The notes beneath the pieces are model-generated. The model searched no databases, was not told the origin of the DNA, and saw nothing but the letters and a program-made list of their open reading frames with translations. 64,000 nucleotides of DNA, taken from assembly GCA_965248535.1 (NCBI GenBank), contig CBDFJR010000005.1, forward strand, positions 928,001-992,000, given 5' to 3'. Both the position numbers and the translations under genes were made by a program. Positions 40,187-50,612 of this stretch are shown in pieces. Origin of the DNA: Phormidesmis sp. GTDB lineage: Bacteria; Cyanobacteriota; Cyanobacteriia; Leptolyngbyales; Leptolyngbyaceae. Within the stretch, counting starts at the first letter, position 1. Each line of letters begins with the position of its first letter.

Positions 40187-40534
40187 TCAACCCCCAACCG
40201 ACTCGATCAAGTGCCAGTGCTGATTGTCACTCACGGCCTGACTGACCTGGGTAAATATTTGGCGGCAGTGATTGTCTATCTGAAGCGGAAGTTCTTCATT
40301 TTTGATCACAAAGTTCATCCGCACTTCTTCTTCGGTGGCCGTTGTCTTATCGATCAGCACCTCTACGGTCACGAGCTTTGGGAAAGACACGCGCCCCGGA
40401 GTCTCTCGCGCCATGATGTAGTCGCCAGTGTCATAGATGATATCTAGACTGCAAGACTTGAGCGTCTCATTCAGCACCCGTTGGAAATTGTTGAAAGAGA
40501 TTCCGACGGTGAATAGACAAGTGTAACGAGCCAT
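40187..40534 (-). CDS. Conserved cyanobacterial hypothetical protein
   Basis: MARYTC..DYIMARE.PG.V.F.KLVTVEVLID..KNEELPL. Confidence 0.8.
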   Translation of the reverse strand: MARYTCLFTVGISFNNFQRVLNETLKSCSLDIIYDTGDYIMARETPGRVSFPKLVTVEVLIDKTTATEEEVRMNFVIKNEELPLQIDNHCRQIFTQVSQAVSDNQHWHLIESVGG

Positions 40535-40775
40535 AGCCAACCCCAAGCGTGCGACGAGCGAACCTTTCTATAATACGTTCCCAGAACCCGTTAAAGCGAT
40601 ACTCTGGGTGAGTGTGATCACAAGGTTCAGTTTAGTCGCAAGTGCTTTCTTGTGAAAGTCCTTCTGACCTTGACCAGGCGAATTTTTTTGAAGTTGACTG
40701 ATTTCGCAAGGGTTGATCAATCGGCGAGTCGTCACCGATCGTGTCCACTGACTCATAGCTGACCAATAGTTGACC

Positions 40776-41454
40776 ATGAAGGGAAAGTTTATTGTCTTTG
40801 AAGGGGTGGAGGGCTGCGGCAAGACCACCCAGATTCAACGATCGCGCCAATGGCTGCTAAATAGTGGCTGGTTAGCCAAGCTGCAATCACACAAATTGAT
40901 AAAACAACTGGTTGCGACTCGTGAGCCGGGTGGCACTGATCTGGGGGTGGGGGTGCGGCAGCTGCTGCTCAACCCTGCTAGAGAATTGATTCACGATCGG
41001 GCCGAGTTATTGCTTTACGCCGCCGATCGGGCCCAACACGTCGAGACTTTTTTGCGTCCTCATCTGGCAGACGGCGATCTGATTTTGTGCGATCGCTATA
41101 CCGATTCGACGATCGCTTATCAGGGCTATGGGCGCGGCCTCGATTTTGCCCTGATTGACCAACTCAATCAGATGTCCACAAATGGGCTAGAGAGCGATTT
41201 AACCCTGTGGCTCGATTTAGAGGTCGAACGCGGATTGGCCCGCACCCAGAAACGGGGAGCCAGCGATCGCATTGAGCAAGCCAGATCTAGACTTTCATCA
41301 ACGGGTGCAGCAAGGGTTTGCTCACCTGGCAGCCAAGCACCCCGATCGGATTGTCAAAATTGATGCCGATCGCAGCGAATTGGAAGTGGCTGAACAGATC
41401 GAAGCCGCCCTCAGTCAGCATCTAACTCGCTGGTATGGTCAAGACCTCTCATGA
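40776..41454 (+). CDS. tmk: Thymidylate kinase (frameshift near 41283)
   Basis: FEGVEGCGKTTQ, TREPG, DRYTDST.AYQG; removing one A in GCC-A-GAT gives DRIEQADLDFHQRV. Confidence 0.93.
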
Positions 41455-41460
41455 GCAAAT

Positions 41461-42399
41461 ATGATGGACTCTCCGTTTAGCTCCTTAATTGGACAGTCGC
41501 AAGCGATAGAACTGTTGACTCAAGCGATCGCTCAAAATCGCGTCGCTCCTGCTTATTTATTTGCTGGGTCTGCGGGAGTGGGCAAACGGCTAGCGGCTGA
41601 GGCGTTTGTTGAATTATTGATTGCTGACTCGCGTCATCGGGTGTCGCAGCGCAACCATCCTGATGTGCTCTGGGTTGAGCCAACTTATCTCCATCAAGGC
41701 AAACGGCTTTCACCCATCGAAGCCGAGGCCGCAGGCGTAAAGAAAAAGACTCCGCCGCAAGTTCGTCTCGAACAGGTGCGAGAGATTTCGCGGTTTTTGA
41801 GCCGTCCCCCGTTAGAGGCTGATCGGGCGATCGTGATCATCGACCAAGCCGAAACCATGGCAGAACCCGCCGCCAACGCCCTCTTAAAAACTTTAGAAGA
41901 ACCGGGACGAGCCACGCTGATTTTGTTAGCGCCCAGTGCCGATTCTTTGCTGCCCACGCTGGTGTCTCGCTGTCAAAAAATTCCGTTTTATCGATTAGAC
42001 TCAGCCGCGATCGCGCAGGTTTTAGCGACCGCCGGATTTGGCGAGATTTTGGCTCATCCCCAAGTTTTGGCCTTGGCCCAGGGCAGTCCGGGGGAGGCGA
42101 TCGTCCATTGGCAAAAGTTTCAGACGGTTCCCCCTGAATTGCTGCAAGCGGTGACAAATTTGCCAAAATCACTGCGAGAAACCCTTGCGATCGCCCGTCA
42201 AATCGCCAAAACGCTAGACAGTGAAGCCCAACTCTGGTTAGTCGATTATCTCCAACAGTCCTATTGGCAACAGGCTAAACTTAGCGGACAGTCTGCCCTA
42301 CCTGTGCAACTGCTCGAAAAAGCGAGAGATTATCTACTCGCCTATGTTCAATCGCAGTTGGTTTGGGAAGTGACGCTAATGGGAATGATGTATGTTTAG
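41461..42399 (+). CDS. holB: DNA polymerase III delta' subunit
   Basis: AYLFAG..GVGK, HPD, AANALLKTLEEP, LLPTLVSRCQ. Confidence 0.94.
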   Translation: MMDSPFSSLIGQSQAIELLTQAIAQNRVAPAYLFAGSAGVGKRLAAEAFVELLIADSRHRVSQRNHPDVLWVEPTYLHQGKRLSPIEAEAAGVKKKTPPQVRLEQVREISRFLSRPPLEADRAIVIIDQAETMAEPAANALLKTLEEPGRATLILLAPSADSLLPTLVSRCQKIPFYRLDSAAIAQVLATAGFGEILAHPQVLALAQGSPGEAIVHWQKFQTVPPELLQAVTNLPKSLRETLAIARQIAKTLDSEAQLWLVDYLQQSYWQQAKLSGQSALPVQLLEKARDYLLAYVQSQLVWEVTLMGMMYV

Positions 42400-42492
42400 A
42401 ATGACTGGTCTGATTTTGTGCTGTGCTCTACATTGCTTGGCTTGCTCTGAGCAAATGTTTTCAGGCTATCAAACCCAAAATCTCACAAAAAT

Positions 42493-43008
42493 ATGGGCGT
42501 TGAAGCAAGCTATAGACGGATAACACCTCAAGAATTTGAAAAACTACATAGTGATGCTGCCTACGCAAGTATTTACTTCGGTCATGACCTAGAAACAGAT
42601 GAAGATATCTGCACATACTTTGATGCGCTAAGATCTACTGATCGCTATCTAGATCTTGATAAGTATTGGCAGTCACTTTACCTCCTATTTACAGGTGATT
42701 CTCCATACGATAGTGAAAAAAAGGGTGACACTTTGCTACATAAGGTATTTATGGGCGGTTTAGAAACGCCTTGGGAAGCGACTTATGGTTGTATACGCTA
42801 TCTCGATACAAGCGAGGTCAATCAGATAGCTGGAGCGCTAAACCATATTTCAGAGGACGACTTCAGGTTACGTCTCGGCAGGTTGCTTGGTTCCAATGAG
42901 AGCAGAGTTTACATGGAGCCACATTTCATCAATTTATTTGGTCAGCTAGTTAAATTTTTCAATGTAGCAGCACAAGAGGACAATATAGTACTTTTGTCAT
43001 TTAACTAG
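42493..43008 (+). CDS. YfbM/DUF1877-family protein
   Basis: LDLDKYW..L..L.TG, YG.IRYL...EV..IA.AL, L.KFF..AA; AT-richer than its neighbours. Confidence 0.75.
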   Translation: MGVEASYRRITPQEFEKLHSDAAYASIYFGHDLETDEDICTYFDALRSTDRYLDLDKYWQSLYLLFTGDSPYDSEKKGDTLLHKVFMGGLETPWEATYGCIRYLDTSEVNQIAGALNHISEDDFRLRLGRLLGSNESRVYMEPHFINLFGQLVKFFNVAAQEDNIVLLSFN

Positions 43009-43049
43009 ATTAGCTCTGCCAAATTGAGCTTAATTCGCCTAGTAGCAAT

Positions 43050-44183
43050 CTAAGGTTTCTGGTGATTAAGCCCGATCGCATCTTGCAATGAGGAGAGACC
43101 TCGATCCTCCAGCTTTTGCAACAAGCCTTCTAAAACTTGCCGCACCATGCCTGGCCCTTCATAAAACCAGCCTGTGTAAACCTGAACCAGACTTGCCCCC
43201 GCCGTGATTTTCTCCCATGCGTCTTCTGCCGTAAAAATGCCGCCGACCCCGACGATCGGGAGATTGCCCTGAGTCTGTTGATAAATAAATCGAATCACCT
43301 CCGTCGATCGCTGCCGCAACGGTGCCCCACTGATGCCGCCCGCCTCCTCAGCGACAGGCTTGCCCGTGGCTTTAATCGTCTCCGTCTTTAGCCCATCGCG
43401 ACGAATGGTGGTATTGGTGGCGATAATGCCCGCCAAATTATATTGCTGCGCCAACTTAAGTACGTCGGCAATATCGTCCCATTCCAAATCGGGGGCGATT
43501 TTAATCAGCAGAGGCTTCTGAGCCTGATTTTCGGTTTGCAGGGCTGACAAAATCGGTTCAAGTTGATCCGTGGCTTGGAGCGATCGTAGCCCCGGCGTGT
43601 TAGGAGAACTCACATTCACCACAAAATAGTCGCCCCACTCCTTGAGCAATTTGAAGCTTGCTAAATAGTCGGCGGCGGCTTCTGCAAGCGGCGTGACTTT
43701 AGACTTGCCTAGATTCACCCCTAACGGGATCGTTGAATCATGCAAACCTTGCAGACGCTGGGCCAAAGCGGCGGCTCCTTGATTATTAAAGCCCATGCGG
43801 TTGAGCGCCGCCCGATCGGCAGGCAGCCGAAACAAACGCGGACGCGGATTGCCCGGTTGAGCCTGAAACGTCACCGTACCGAGTTCGGCAAACCCAAAGC
43901 CAAAGCCTGACCAGAGATTTGCCGCCATGCCATCTTTGTCAAACCCCGCCGCCAGCCCGATCGGGTTAGCAAAACCCTGTCCCCACAGCGTTTGATTAAG
44001 TCGGTCATCGTTGAGACAATAAGCTTGGTCTAGCTGAGATAAAATCCATTTCCTAGCCTGTGAAGGTGCCCCGACCTCTAGCCAGTTGAGCGATCGTAAG
44101 GTTTGTTGATGAAGCCACTCAGGGTCAGCATTCAGCCCAGAAAACAGCAGGGGGCGAAGAATCGATTGATAGAGTTCAGGCAA
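43050..44183 (-). CDS. pyrD: Quinone-dependent dihydroorotate dehydrogenase
   Basis: [37 protein letters not shown]. Confidence 0.96.
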   Translation of the reverse strand: MPELYQSILRPLLFSGLNADPEWLHQQTLRSLNWLEVGAPSQARKWILSQLDQAYCLNDDRLNQTLWGQGFANPIGLAAGFDKDGMAANLWSGFGFGFAELGTVTFQAQPGNPRPRLFRLPADRAALNRMGFNNQGAAALAQRLQGLHDSTIPLGVNLGKSKVTPLAEAAADYLASFKLLKEWGDYFVVNVSSPNTPGLRSLQATDQLEPILSALQTENQAQKPLLIKIAPDLEWDDIADVLKLAQQYNLAGIIATNTTIRRDGLKTETIKATGKPVAEEAGGISGAPLRQRSTEVIRFIYQQTQGNLPIVGVGGIFTAEDAWEKITAGASLVQVYTGWFYEGPGMVRQVLEGLLQKLEDRGLSSLQDAIGLNHQKP

Positions 44184-44548
44184 TGCAAAAGTCTAATGAC
44201 AACTCTATTTATTGTGACGGGTCAGAGAGCGTTGAGCCGTCATCTCTCTAAAATTTGTTAGCTACCAGTTAACTACAAACTCTTGACCGCGTGAAAACGG
44301 GCTATTCTGAGGGCACTCTAGGTTGTGAAGCCTAATCTGACAGATCAAAACTTAAGCGACCTAGATCTTACGTCTAGATCTGCTGAGATGCTGCGTGGCT
44401 TAGGGGCAACCCAAGTTCCCGATCTCATCTGCTTTACGAGAGTCTAAAGGTCTGCACTGGGGTAGATCTAGCACATCGATTCTAGGGGCATCTGCGGTCG
44501 ATTTCTTGATTTAATTCACTTATCGTTTGTATCCCCGCCGTGCTTATC

Positions 44549-47338
44549 ATGGGTCAGTCGAAAGAGCCAAATGCCTGTGAACAGAAACTTGTGAGCCTAG
44601 GTCGGGTGCTGCAAGTTTTGCGTGAGGGCACCGACATTGACCACTTGGTCGCAACTGCCCTGGACTATCTCAAAAGCAGCTTTAACTATGAGTTGGTTTG
44701 GGTTGGGTTTTACGATCGCATCGATCACCGCCTATTGGGTAAAGGTGGACAACTGCCCGAAGTTCAGGAGTCTGCCTTTCTAAAACAGCGGTTTTCGCTC
44801 TCTTCAGGCGATTTGCTAGAGCAAGTCGTCATTCAGCAGCGTCCGGTGACGATCGCCGATTTGCGCCAAGAGATGCGCGCAGGCGAATGGCGTAAACTTG
44901 CCCAAAAGCACGCCATTCAAGGCGCGATGATGTTTCCGATCTGCTATAAAGATCGCTGCTTTGGTGTGGCAATCTTGGGATCGCGGCTGTGGGGAAACTT
45001 TCCGGGAAGCGACGAAAAAGCCCAAATCTCGATTGTTTTAGGCAGTCTGGCCGCCGTCTTAGAAGCGGCTGAAACCGACTGGAAGCAGCAGCAGATCAAG
45101 CGTCCTGAAAAGCCGTTGCTCAGTTTGCTAAGTCAAGTGCGATCGCTGCCTAACCTGGGTCAACGACTGGACGCGATCGTCGAAGAAAGCCATCGGTTTA
45201 TCGCCCCATCGCGCACCAGCGTCTATTGGTTTGAGCGGCAACAGCGCTATTTTTGGCGACGAGCGACTAACGCTAAACCTACGTCTAGAGCTTTAGAAGA
45301 AAACCAACCCGCTTCGGGGATCACGGTCAAGGAGATGAGCAGCTTTTATCAAGCGCTGGCCTCTGATCAGGTGGTGGCGATCGGGGAGGCGATGAGTTCG
45401 CTGAAGGCAGACATGACCAACCGACTCATGGAGCATATTCGGGCCCGATCGCTGATGGCGGCTCCCATTCTCTATCAAAATCAGTTAATTGGGTTCTTAG
45501 CCGCCGAGGGCAGCGAAGCCAGAATTTGGCAAGAAGAAGAAAAAACTTACCTGCGGGCGGCGGCTCAACTGATTGCCCTAGTGGCTCCCCTCGACGAGAT
45601 GGAAGTCACCGTTGAGCAAACCAAGCTCGATCAGGTATTGACTGCCGAAATTGCCCATGCCATCTACAGTGCTGACGACTGGAAAGTGACCCTCAAGAAT
45701 GCCGCCGAGCTTTTGGGCAAACGCTTAAAGATCGATCGCTTTGTAGTCTTGTCCTACGACTCAGAGGGTGATGATTTTGAAGTTTGCTATCAAAGCCATC
45801 CTTCTAATCGCCGCCCGATCGCTGGCCCCCTCAAACGGCTTACCCAACTCGATTGGCAAATGCTCGAACGCAATCTGTCTACCATTGCGATCGAGAACCT
45901 TGACGAAGATCTGCGGTTGGGGGCTTGGCGCGATCTGCTGCTAGAGTTGGGCGTGCGATCGCTGATGGTTTGCAACACTGCCGCCGGGCAATCGCTCGAA
46001 GGGGTAATCTTGGTCTGCGATGATGTTTCTCGTGCTTGGAGCAACTCAGAGTGTGAACTGACCCAGGTGGTGGCCCAACAGATTGGCCTAATTTTGCGGC
46101 AATGGCAGCTACAGCAGCAAAATGACCAGCAGCAAAAGATCTATCAAACTATTCAGTGGGGGTTAACCACGATTCAACAAACCCAGCAGTTAGAACTGCT
46201 AGAGCGATCGGCGCTGCAATACATTGCTCAGATTCTCCAAGCGCCAATGGCAGCGATGATTTCATGGTTTCCCGGTCGCCGCACCGGGCGCTTAGTGCAA
46301 TCGGGCAACATTGAAGAGGGCTTCAGCTTTCATCCTGTTCTCAAAGTCTCGATCTATACAGATATGTTGGTCAACCGAGCTTTGCAGCATGAGGGATTGT
46401 TGCCATTGTCGATCGATGATATTTCTGCCGAAACGCGGCACTGGCTCAACGCACCGGGCATCGGTCAACTGCTGGTGATGGCGCTGCGAACGGCCTCAGA
46501 GCACGAGCCGACAGCGATTTTAATCATTGCTGACCATTTGGATCGACGCTGGGGCGATCGCCATTTCAACGCGCTAGGAACGCTGGTCAGCCAGTTTGCT
46601 TGGTCGCGTCGCTATCTAATGCTGTCAGAGAGTTTAAAAGTGCAGCGAGAACGGCTAGAACGTCTGAGTTGGTATAAGCAGCGTCGCCTCGAAGATCTCT
46701 ATCGATCTGTGAAAACCGGGGTCAAACGATTAGCAGAGGTGCCGACTCCGCACAAAGATGCGCTGGCAGCGACTCGCCAACAGCAAATTTTGCGCCAGTT
46801 GAGTGAGGCGATTGACCCGATGCAGCAAGTGATTCGCGATGAGCAGTGGCAGTTGCAGGTCAAGACCGAAACCGTGCCGCTCGTCAGCTTGCTGAGACGG
46901 GCCCTCGATCGCGTCGATACCCTAATCAAACAGCGTCAGATCTGGTCACAGGTGCACAACGAGACCAACCCGATGATCACGGGCGATATTGTCAAAATCG
47001 AGCTAGTGCTCTATGAGTTGCTGCTGATTGCCTGCCACCGATCGCAGCCCGGCGGGCGGATTGATCTCTGGTGTCGCCAGCTTGATCCGAGTTGGATTGA
47101 GCTATCAATCACCGACGATGGCACGATCGAGCCACGCCTGCTCGAAGACTTAGAAACCGGGCGGGCCCTTGATCTGCTGGCTCCTTCGACGTTAGACAAA
47201 CCGCCGGGGCTGCATCTCGCCATCTGTCAATCGTTGATGAAGCAGATGGGAGCAGAGTTTAATCTCTATCGACTCGAAGACAATCGGATTATGAGTCGGC
47301 TGGTCTTGCCCATGGTGAGCGGGCGATTTCTCAAATAA
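44549..47338 (+). CDS. Multi-GAF protein with degenerate histidine kinase-like C-terminus
   Basis: Repeated GAF motifs (RSLMAAPI..LIGFL..W.EEE); LSITDDG and GLHLAICQSLM HATPase-like remnants. Confidence 0.8.
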   Translation: MGQSKEPNACEQKLVSLGRVLQVLREGTDIDHLVATALDYLKSSFNYELVWVGFYDRIDHRLLGKGGQLPEVQESAFLKQRFSLSSGDLLEQVVIQQRPVTIADLRQEMRAGEWRKLAQKHAIQGAMMFPICYKDRCFGVAILGSRLWGNFPGSDEKAQISIVLGSLAAVLEAAETDWKQQQIKRPEKPLLSLLSQVRSLPNLGQRLDAIVEESHRFIAPSRTSVYWFERQQRYFWRRATNAKPTSRALEENQPASGITVKEMSSFYQALASDQVVAIGEAMSSLKADMTNRLMEHIRARSLMAAPILYQNQLIGFLAAEGSEARIWQEEEKTYLRAAAQLIALVAPLDEMEVTVEQTKLDQVLTAEIAHAIYSADDWKVTLKNAAELLGKRLKIDRFVVLSYDSEGDDFEVCYQSHPSNRRPIAGPLKRLTQLDWQMLERNLSTIAIENLDEDLRLGAWRDLLLELGVRSLMVCNTAAGQSLEGVILVCDDVSRAWSNSECELTQVVAQQIGLILRQWQLQQQNDQQQKIYQTIQWGLTTIQQTQQLELLERSALQYIAQILQAPMAAMISWFPGRRTGRLVQSGNIEEGFSFHPVLKVSIYTDMLVNRALQHEGLLPLSIDDISAETRHWLNAPGIGQLLVMALRTASEHEPTAILIIADHLDRRWGDRHFNALGTLVSQFAWSRRYLMLSESLKVQRERLERLSWYKQRRLEDLYRSVKTGVKRLAEVPTPHKDALAATRQQQILRQLSEAIDPMQQVIRDEQWQLQVKTETVPLVSLLRRALDRVDTLIKQRQIWSQVHNETNPMITGDIVKIELVLYELLLIACHRSQPGGRIDLWCRQLDPSWIELSITDDGTIEPRLLEDLETGRALDLLAPSTLDKPPGLHLAICQSLMKQMGAEFNLYRLEDNRIMSRLVLPMVSGRFLK

Positions 47339-47489
47339 AGTCTCCACAATTCAAGACTCCAGATACAATAAGGGGCGTTCTGAGTCGCCGTCTGAACCTA
47401 ATGTTGGGGGGCTGAACCGAACAGAAATAAAACTGGGATTCTTTAAGCCTGGGTGTGAATGTGTCGCTATCGGAGTGCTGCTAAAGTCT

Positions 47490-47990
47490 ATGTCTGCTGC
47501 GCTAAAACCTGTGGTTCCTTCTAAGCGCAATCGATCGCGATTGCCGTCTGCAACTTCTTCTGCTAGCCCTCAGCGTCAGCCGATCGGGCCGCGATCGCTC
47601 AACTCAACGGCCGTGAGAAGACTGCCTGCCCCCGATGCCGACCCGCGCTGGCTGCGATCGCTGATCAGAATGCAGCAAGTCTCACTGATTGCCACCTTTA
47701 GTCTGGCGGGGGCAGTGCTGCTCGTCTATGGCTGGACGGTTTATGCCCAACAGCTTTGGGGAAAGGAATATCAAAAATTAGAGCAGTTGCGGCGCAGTGA
47801 GCGGCAGATGACGACCAATGGCGAGATCTTAAAGAATAAGATTGCTGACCAAGCGGTGCGATCGGGGACAACGCTCGTGCCCCAAACGCCCGATAGCCTA
47901 ATTTTTCTCAAGCCTGCCCCGGCTCGAAATCTTGCTCCGGCGGCGAGTCCGGCTCCGGTGGCGAGTCCGATCGCTCCTCTCGGCTATTAA
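47490..47990 (+). CDS. FtsL-like cell division protein
   Basis: Single TM helix plus coiled coil, directly upstream of ftsI; start uncertain. Confidence 0.6.
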   Translation: MSAALKPVVPSKRNRSRLPSATSSASPQRQPIGPRSLNSTAVRRLPAPDADPRWLRSLIRMQQVSLIATFSLAGAVLLVYGWTVYAQQLWGKEYQKLEQLRRSERQMTTNGEILKNKIADQAVRSGTTLVPQTPDSLIFLKPAPARNLAPAASPAPVASPIAPLGY

Positions 47991-47992
47991 TC

Positions 47993-49810
47993 ATGGGCAG
48001 CCCCTCCTATCCGTCTCGCTCTAAGCGCTTGCGTCGGTTGGCGGCGGTGGTCAAGTCGCTGCGGCAGATGCCGATTCCGCCCGCTAAATCGACGTATCGC
48101 CGTCTGTTGGTGGTTTGGGCCGTGTTGGTCAGCGGGTCAATTTTGCTGATGCTGAATTTAGTAAGATTGCAGGTCGTGCAGGCTCCCGATTTACTCAAAC
48201 AAGCCCGATCGCAGCAGATGTCTTATTTGCGGCCGTTCATTCCGCGTCGCCCGATCGTCGATCGCAACGGCAATATGCTGGCGATCGATCATCCGGTTTA
48301 CACCCTTTATGCTCACCCCAATGCGTTTAAGCTGCCTAAGCCGATCGTGGCTGAAAAGTTGGCTCCCATTTTGGGTCGTCCGGTCGCTGACCTGATTCAC
48401 AAGTTTGACGCAGCCGAGAGCGGCATCCGTTTAGAATATTCTCTGGCAGAAAACGCCGCCGCCCGGATTCGCGATTTGCAACTGGACGGGCTAGATTTAA
48501 ACCAGCAGCAGCAGCGCCTTTATCCTCAACAAAATCTGACGGCGGATGTGGTCGGCTATGTCGATGTCGATCAGATGGGGCAAGCAGGCGTGGAATATAG
48601 CCATAAAAACCTGCTGGAGCGATCGGTCAAATCAGTGCGCCTCAGCCGAACGGGGATGGGCACCGTCATGCCTGACCAAGTGCCGGGCGGCTTTTTGCAT
48701 ATTGATGATCTGCAATTGCAGTTGACGATCGATAGTCGAGTGCAGCGATCGGCGCAGTTTGCGCTTCAGCAGCAGGTCAAAAAATACGCCGCAAAACGGG
48801 GTGTTGTGCTGGTGATGGATGTCCAAGATGGCTCTCTGCGAGCGTTGGTGGGCGATCCTTCCTATGACCCTAATGAATATTACAAAGCCAAAGTTGAGCA
48901 GTTTAAAAACTGGGCGTTGACTGATTTATATGAGCCGGGTTCGACCTTTAAGCCGCTGAATGTAGCGATCGCGCTAGAGTCTGGGGCGATTAAACCCGAT
49001 CAAGTCTTTAACGACGAAGGCGAAATCTATATCGACAGTTGGCCGATTCAAAACTTTGACTATTCCTATGTGGGCGGTCGTGGCCCGATTTCGGTGTCGC
49101 AGATTCTAGAGCATTCTAGCAACGTGGGCATGGTGCATATCGTGCAGCAAATGAAGCCCGATGTCTATTACAGTTGGCTGCAAAAAATTGGGCTGGGACA
49201 GGTGACAGGCTCTGATTTTCCTTTTGAGGTGGCGGGTCAGTTAAAAGATCACACCACGTTTGTGCAGTCTCCGGTGGATATCGCCACGACTGCGTTTGGA
49301 CAGGGGTTTTCGCTGACTCCGATTCAGCTACTTCAACTACACGGCATTTTGGCGAGTGGTGGAAAAATGTTGACCCCCCACGCGGTGCAAGGACTCTATG
49401 ACAGCAGCGGACAACCCTATTGGCAGCCCTATCAATCGGCTCCGAAGCAGATTTTTTCATCAACGACGACTCAGACAGTGCTGAAAATGATGGAGTCTGT
49501 GGTTTTGAAGGGATCGGGAAAAGGCGCTCAGGTGCCGGGCTATCGCATCGGGGGCAAAACCGGGACGGCTCAGAAAGCCAGTTCGGGCGGGGGCTATCAG
49601 GCGAATGCCAAGATTACTAGCTTTGTCGGAATTTTTCCGATCGAGGCTCCTCGCTATGTCGTAGTGGCCGTGATTGACGAACCGAAGGGTGAAGATGCCT
49701 TTGGCTCGACGGTGGCGGCCCCGATCGTTAAATCTGTGATCGAAACGTTGATTACGATCGACAAAATTCCGCCGAGTCAGCCTGTCACGATTCCAACTCC
49801 AACTCCTTAG
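47993..49810 (+). CDS. ftsI: Class B penicillin-binding protein
   Basis: EPGSTFK, SSNVG, GGKTGTAQK. Confidence 0.9.
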   Translation: MGSPSYPSRSKRLRRLAAVVKSLRQMPIPPAKSTYRRLLVVWAVLVSGSILLMLNLVRLQVVQAPDLLKQARSQQMSYLRPFIPRRPIVDRNGNMLAIDHPVYTLYAHPNAFKLPKPIVAEKLAPILGRPVADLIHKFDAAESGIRLEYSLAENAAARIRDLQLDGLDLNQQQQRLYPQQNLTADVVGYVDVDQMGQAGVEYSHKNLLERSVKSVRLSRTGMGTVMPDQVPGGFLHIDDLQLQLTIDSRVQRSAQFALQQQVKKYAAKRGVVLVMDVQDGSLRALVGDPSYDPNEYYKAKVEQFKNWALTDLYEPGSTFKPLNVAIALESGAIKPDQVFNDEGEIYIDSWPIQNFDYSYVGGRGPISVSQILEHSSNVGMVHIVQQMKPDVYYSWLQKIGLGQVTGSDFPFEVAGQLKDHTTFVQSPVDIATTAFGQGFSLTPIQLLQLHGILASGGKMLTPHAVQGLYDSSGQPYWQPYQSAPKQIFSSTTTQTVLKMMESVVLKGSGKGAQVPGYRIGGKTGTAQKASSGGGYQANAKITSFVGIFPIEAPRYVVVAVIDEPKGEDAFGSTVAAPIVKSVIETLITIDKIPPSQPVTIPTPTP

Positions 49811-49982
49811 AGCAGTGAAGGTGAGCAGCAAAGAGACTCGAACGACAGACGAGAAGGCTGTCAACCGTAAAATATTATTGGGACTGTACTTCGAGATGAT
49901 CTACGAATTTACCGCCCACTAATTGATTGGAAGCAATAAGATTAATTAAGTTCAAACTTCATGCCGTCGCTGACTTAAGCCG

Positions 49983-50306
49983 TTAGCCCGTTATTTCAAA
50001 AACTTCACCCGCTGTAATAGTATCTAAGGCGCTACGGACACTAGGGATCAACGGCACAAGATCGAGCAGTCGATTGCTGGGCGCAACCATCACAACAACT
50101 GCAACTCCAGCCTGCTCCAAGTTTTGCTGGTATCGCAAGTTCTGATCCGCAGTGAGCAAAATTGTGAATTCTGCCTGACTCATCAGTTGAAGTAATTCTC
50201 CATTCTTCTTACCCGACCAGCCCATCTCTACAACGGTGCAGATATCCTAATCAGCAAGCTTCCACTTGAGCGGTTTTGGTACACATTCATCAAGCAGGAT
50301 TCGCAT
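49983..50306 (-). pseudogene. DUF5615 PIN-like toxin with internal TAG
   Basis: MRILLDECVPKPLKWKLAD*DICTVVEMGWSGKKNGELL..LTADQNLRYQQN; stop at 50247-50249. Confidence 0.85.
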
Positions 50307-50514
50307 AAGCAATTAGCGTTTCCTTCGCTAACTCTAAGGCTGCGATCGCTTGTTCTCGACTCACACTAGGAAAGTGATCGAGAAATTCATTGAGTGAATC
50401 ACCTGCTTCAAGGTAATCAAGTAGAGTTTTAATCGGCACACGAGTCCCCATAAATACAGGCGTTCCTCCAAGGATGTCAGGGTCGCTGTGAATCACACTA
50501 GGGGTTAAAGACAT
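50290..50514 (-). CDS. DUF433 antitoxin
   Basis: DPDILGGTPVF.GTRVP..LLDYL..G.SL.EFL..FP. Confidence 0.92.
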   Translation of the reverse strand: MSLTPSVIHSDPDILGGTPVFMGTRVPIKTLLDYLEAGDSLNEFLDHFPSVSREQAIAALELAKETLIAYANPA

Positions 50515-50612
50515 GACTGGTTCAGTGATGAACTGTGAGTGATTCTGCGATCGTAGTCCAAAATCTCTGAAACCTGGCAACTCCGGCTATTCTTAAAGCG
50601 TGATATGGAAGG

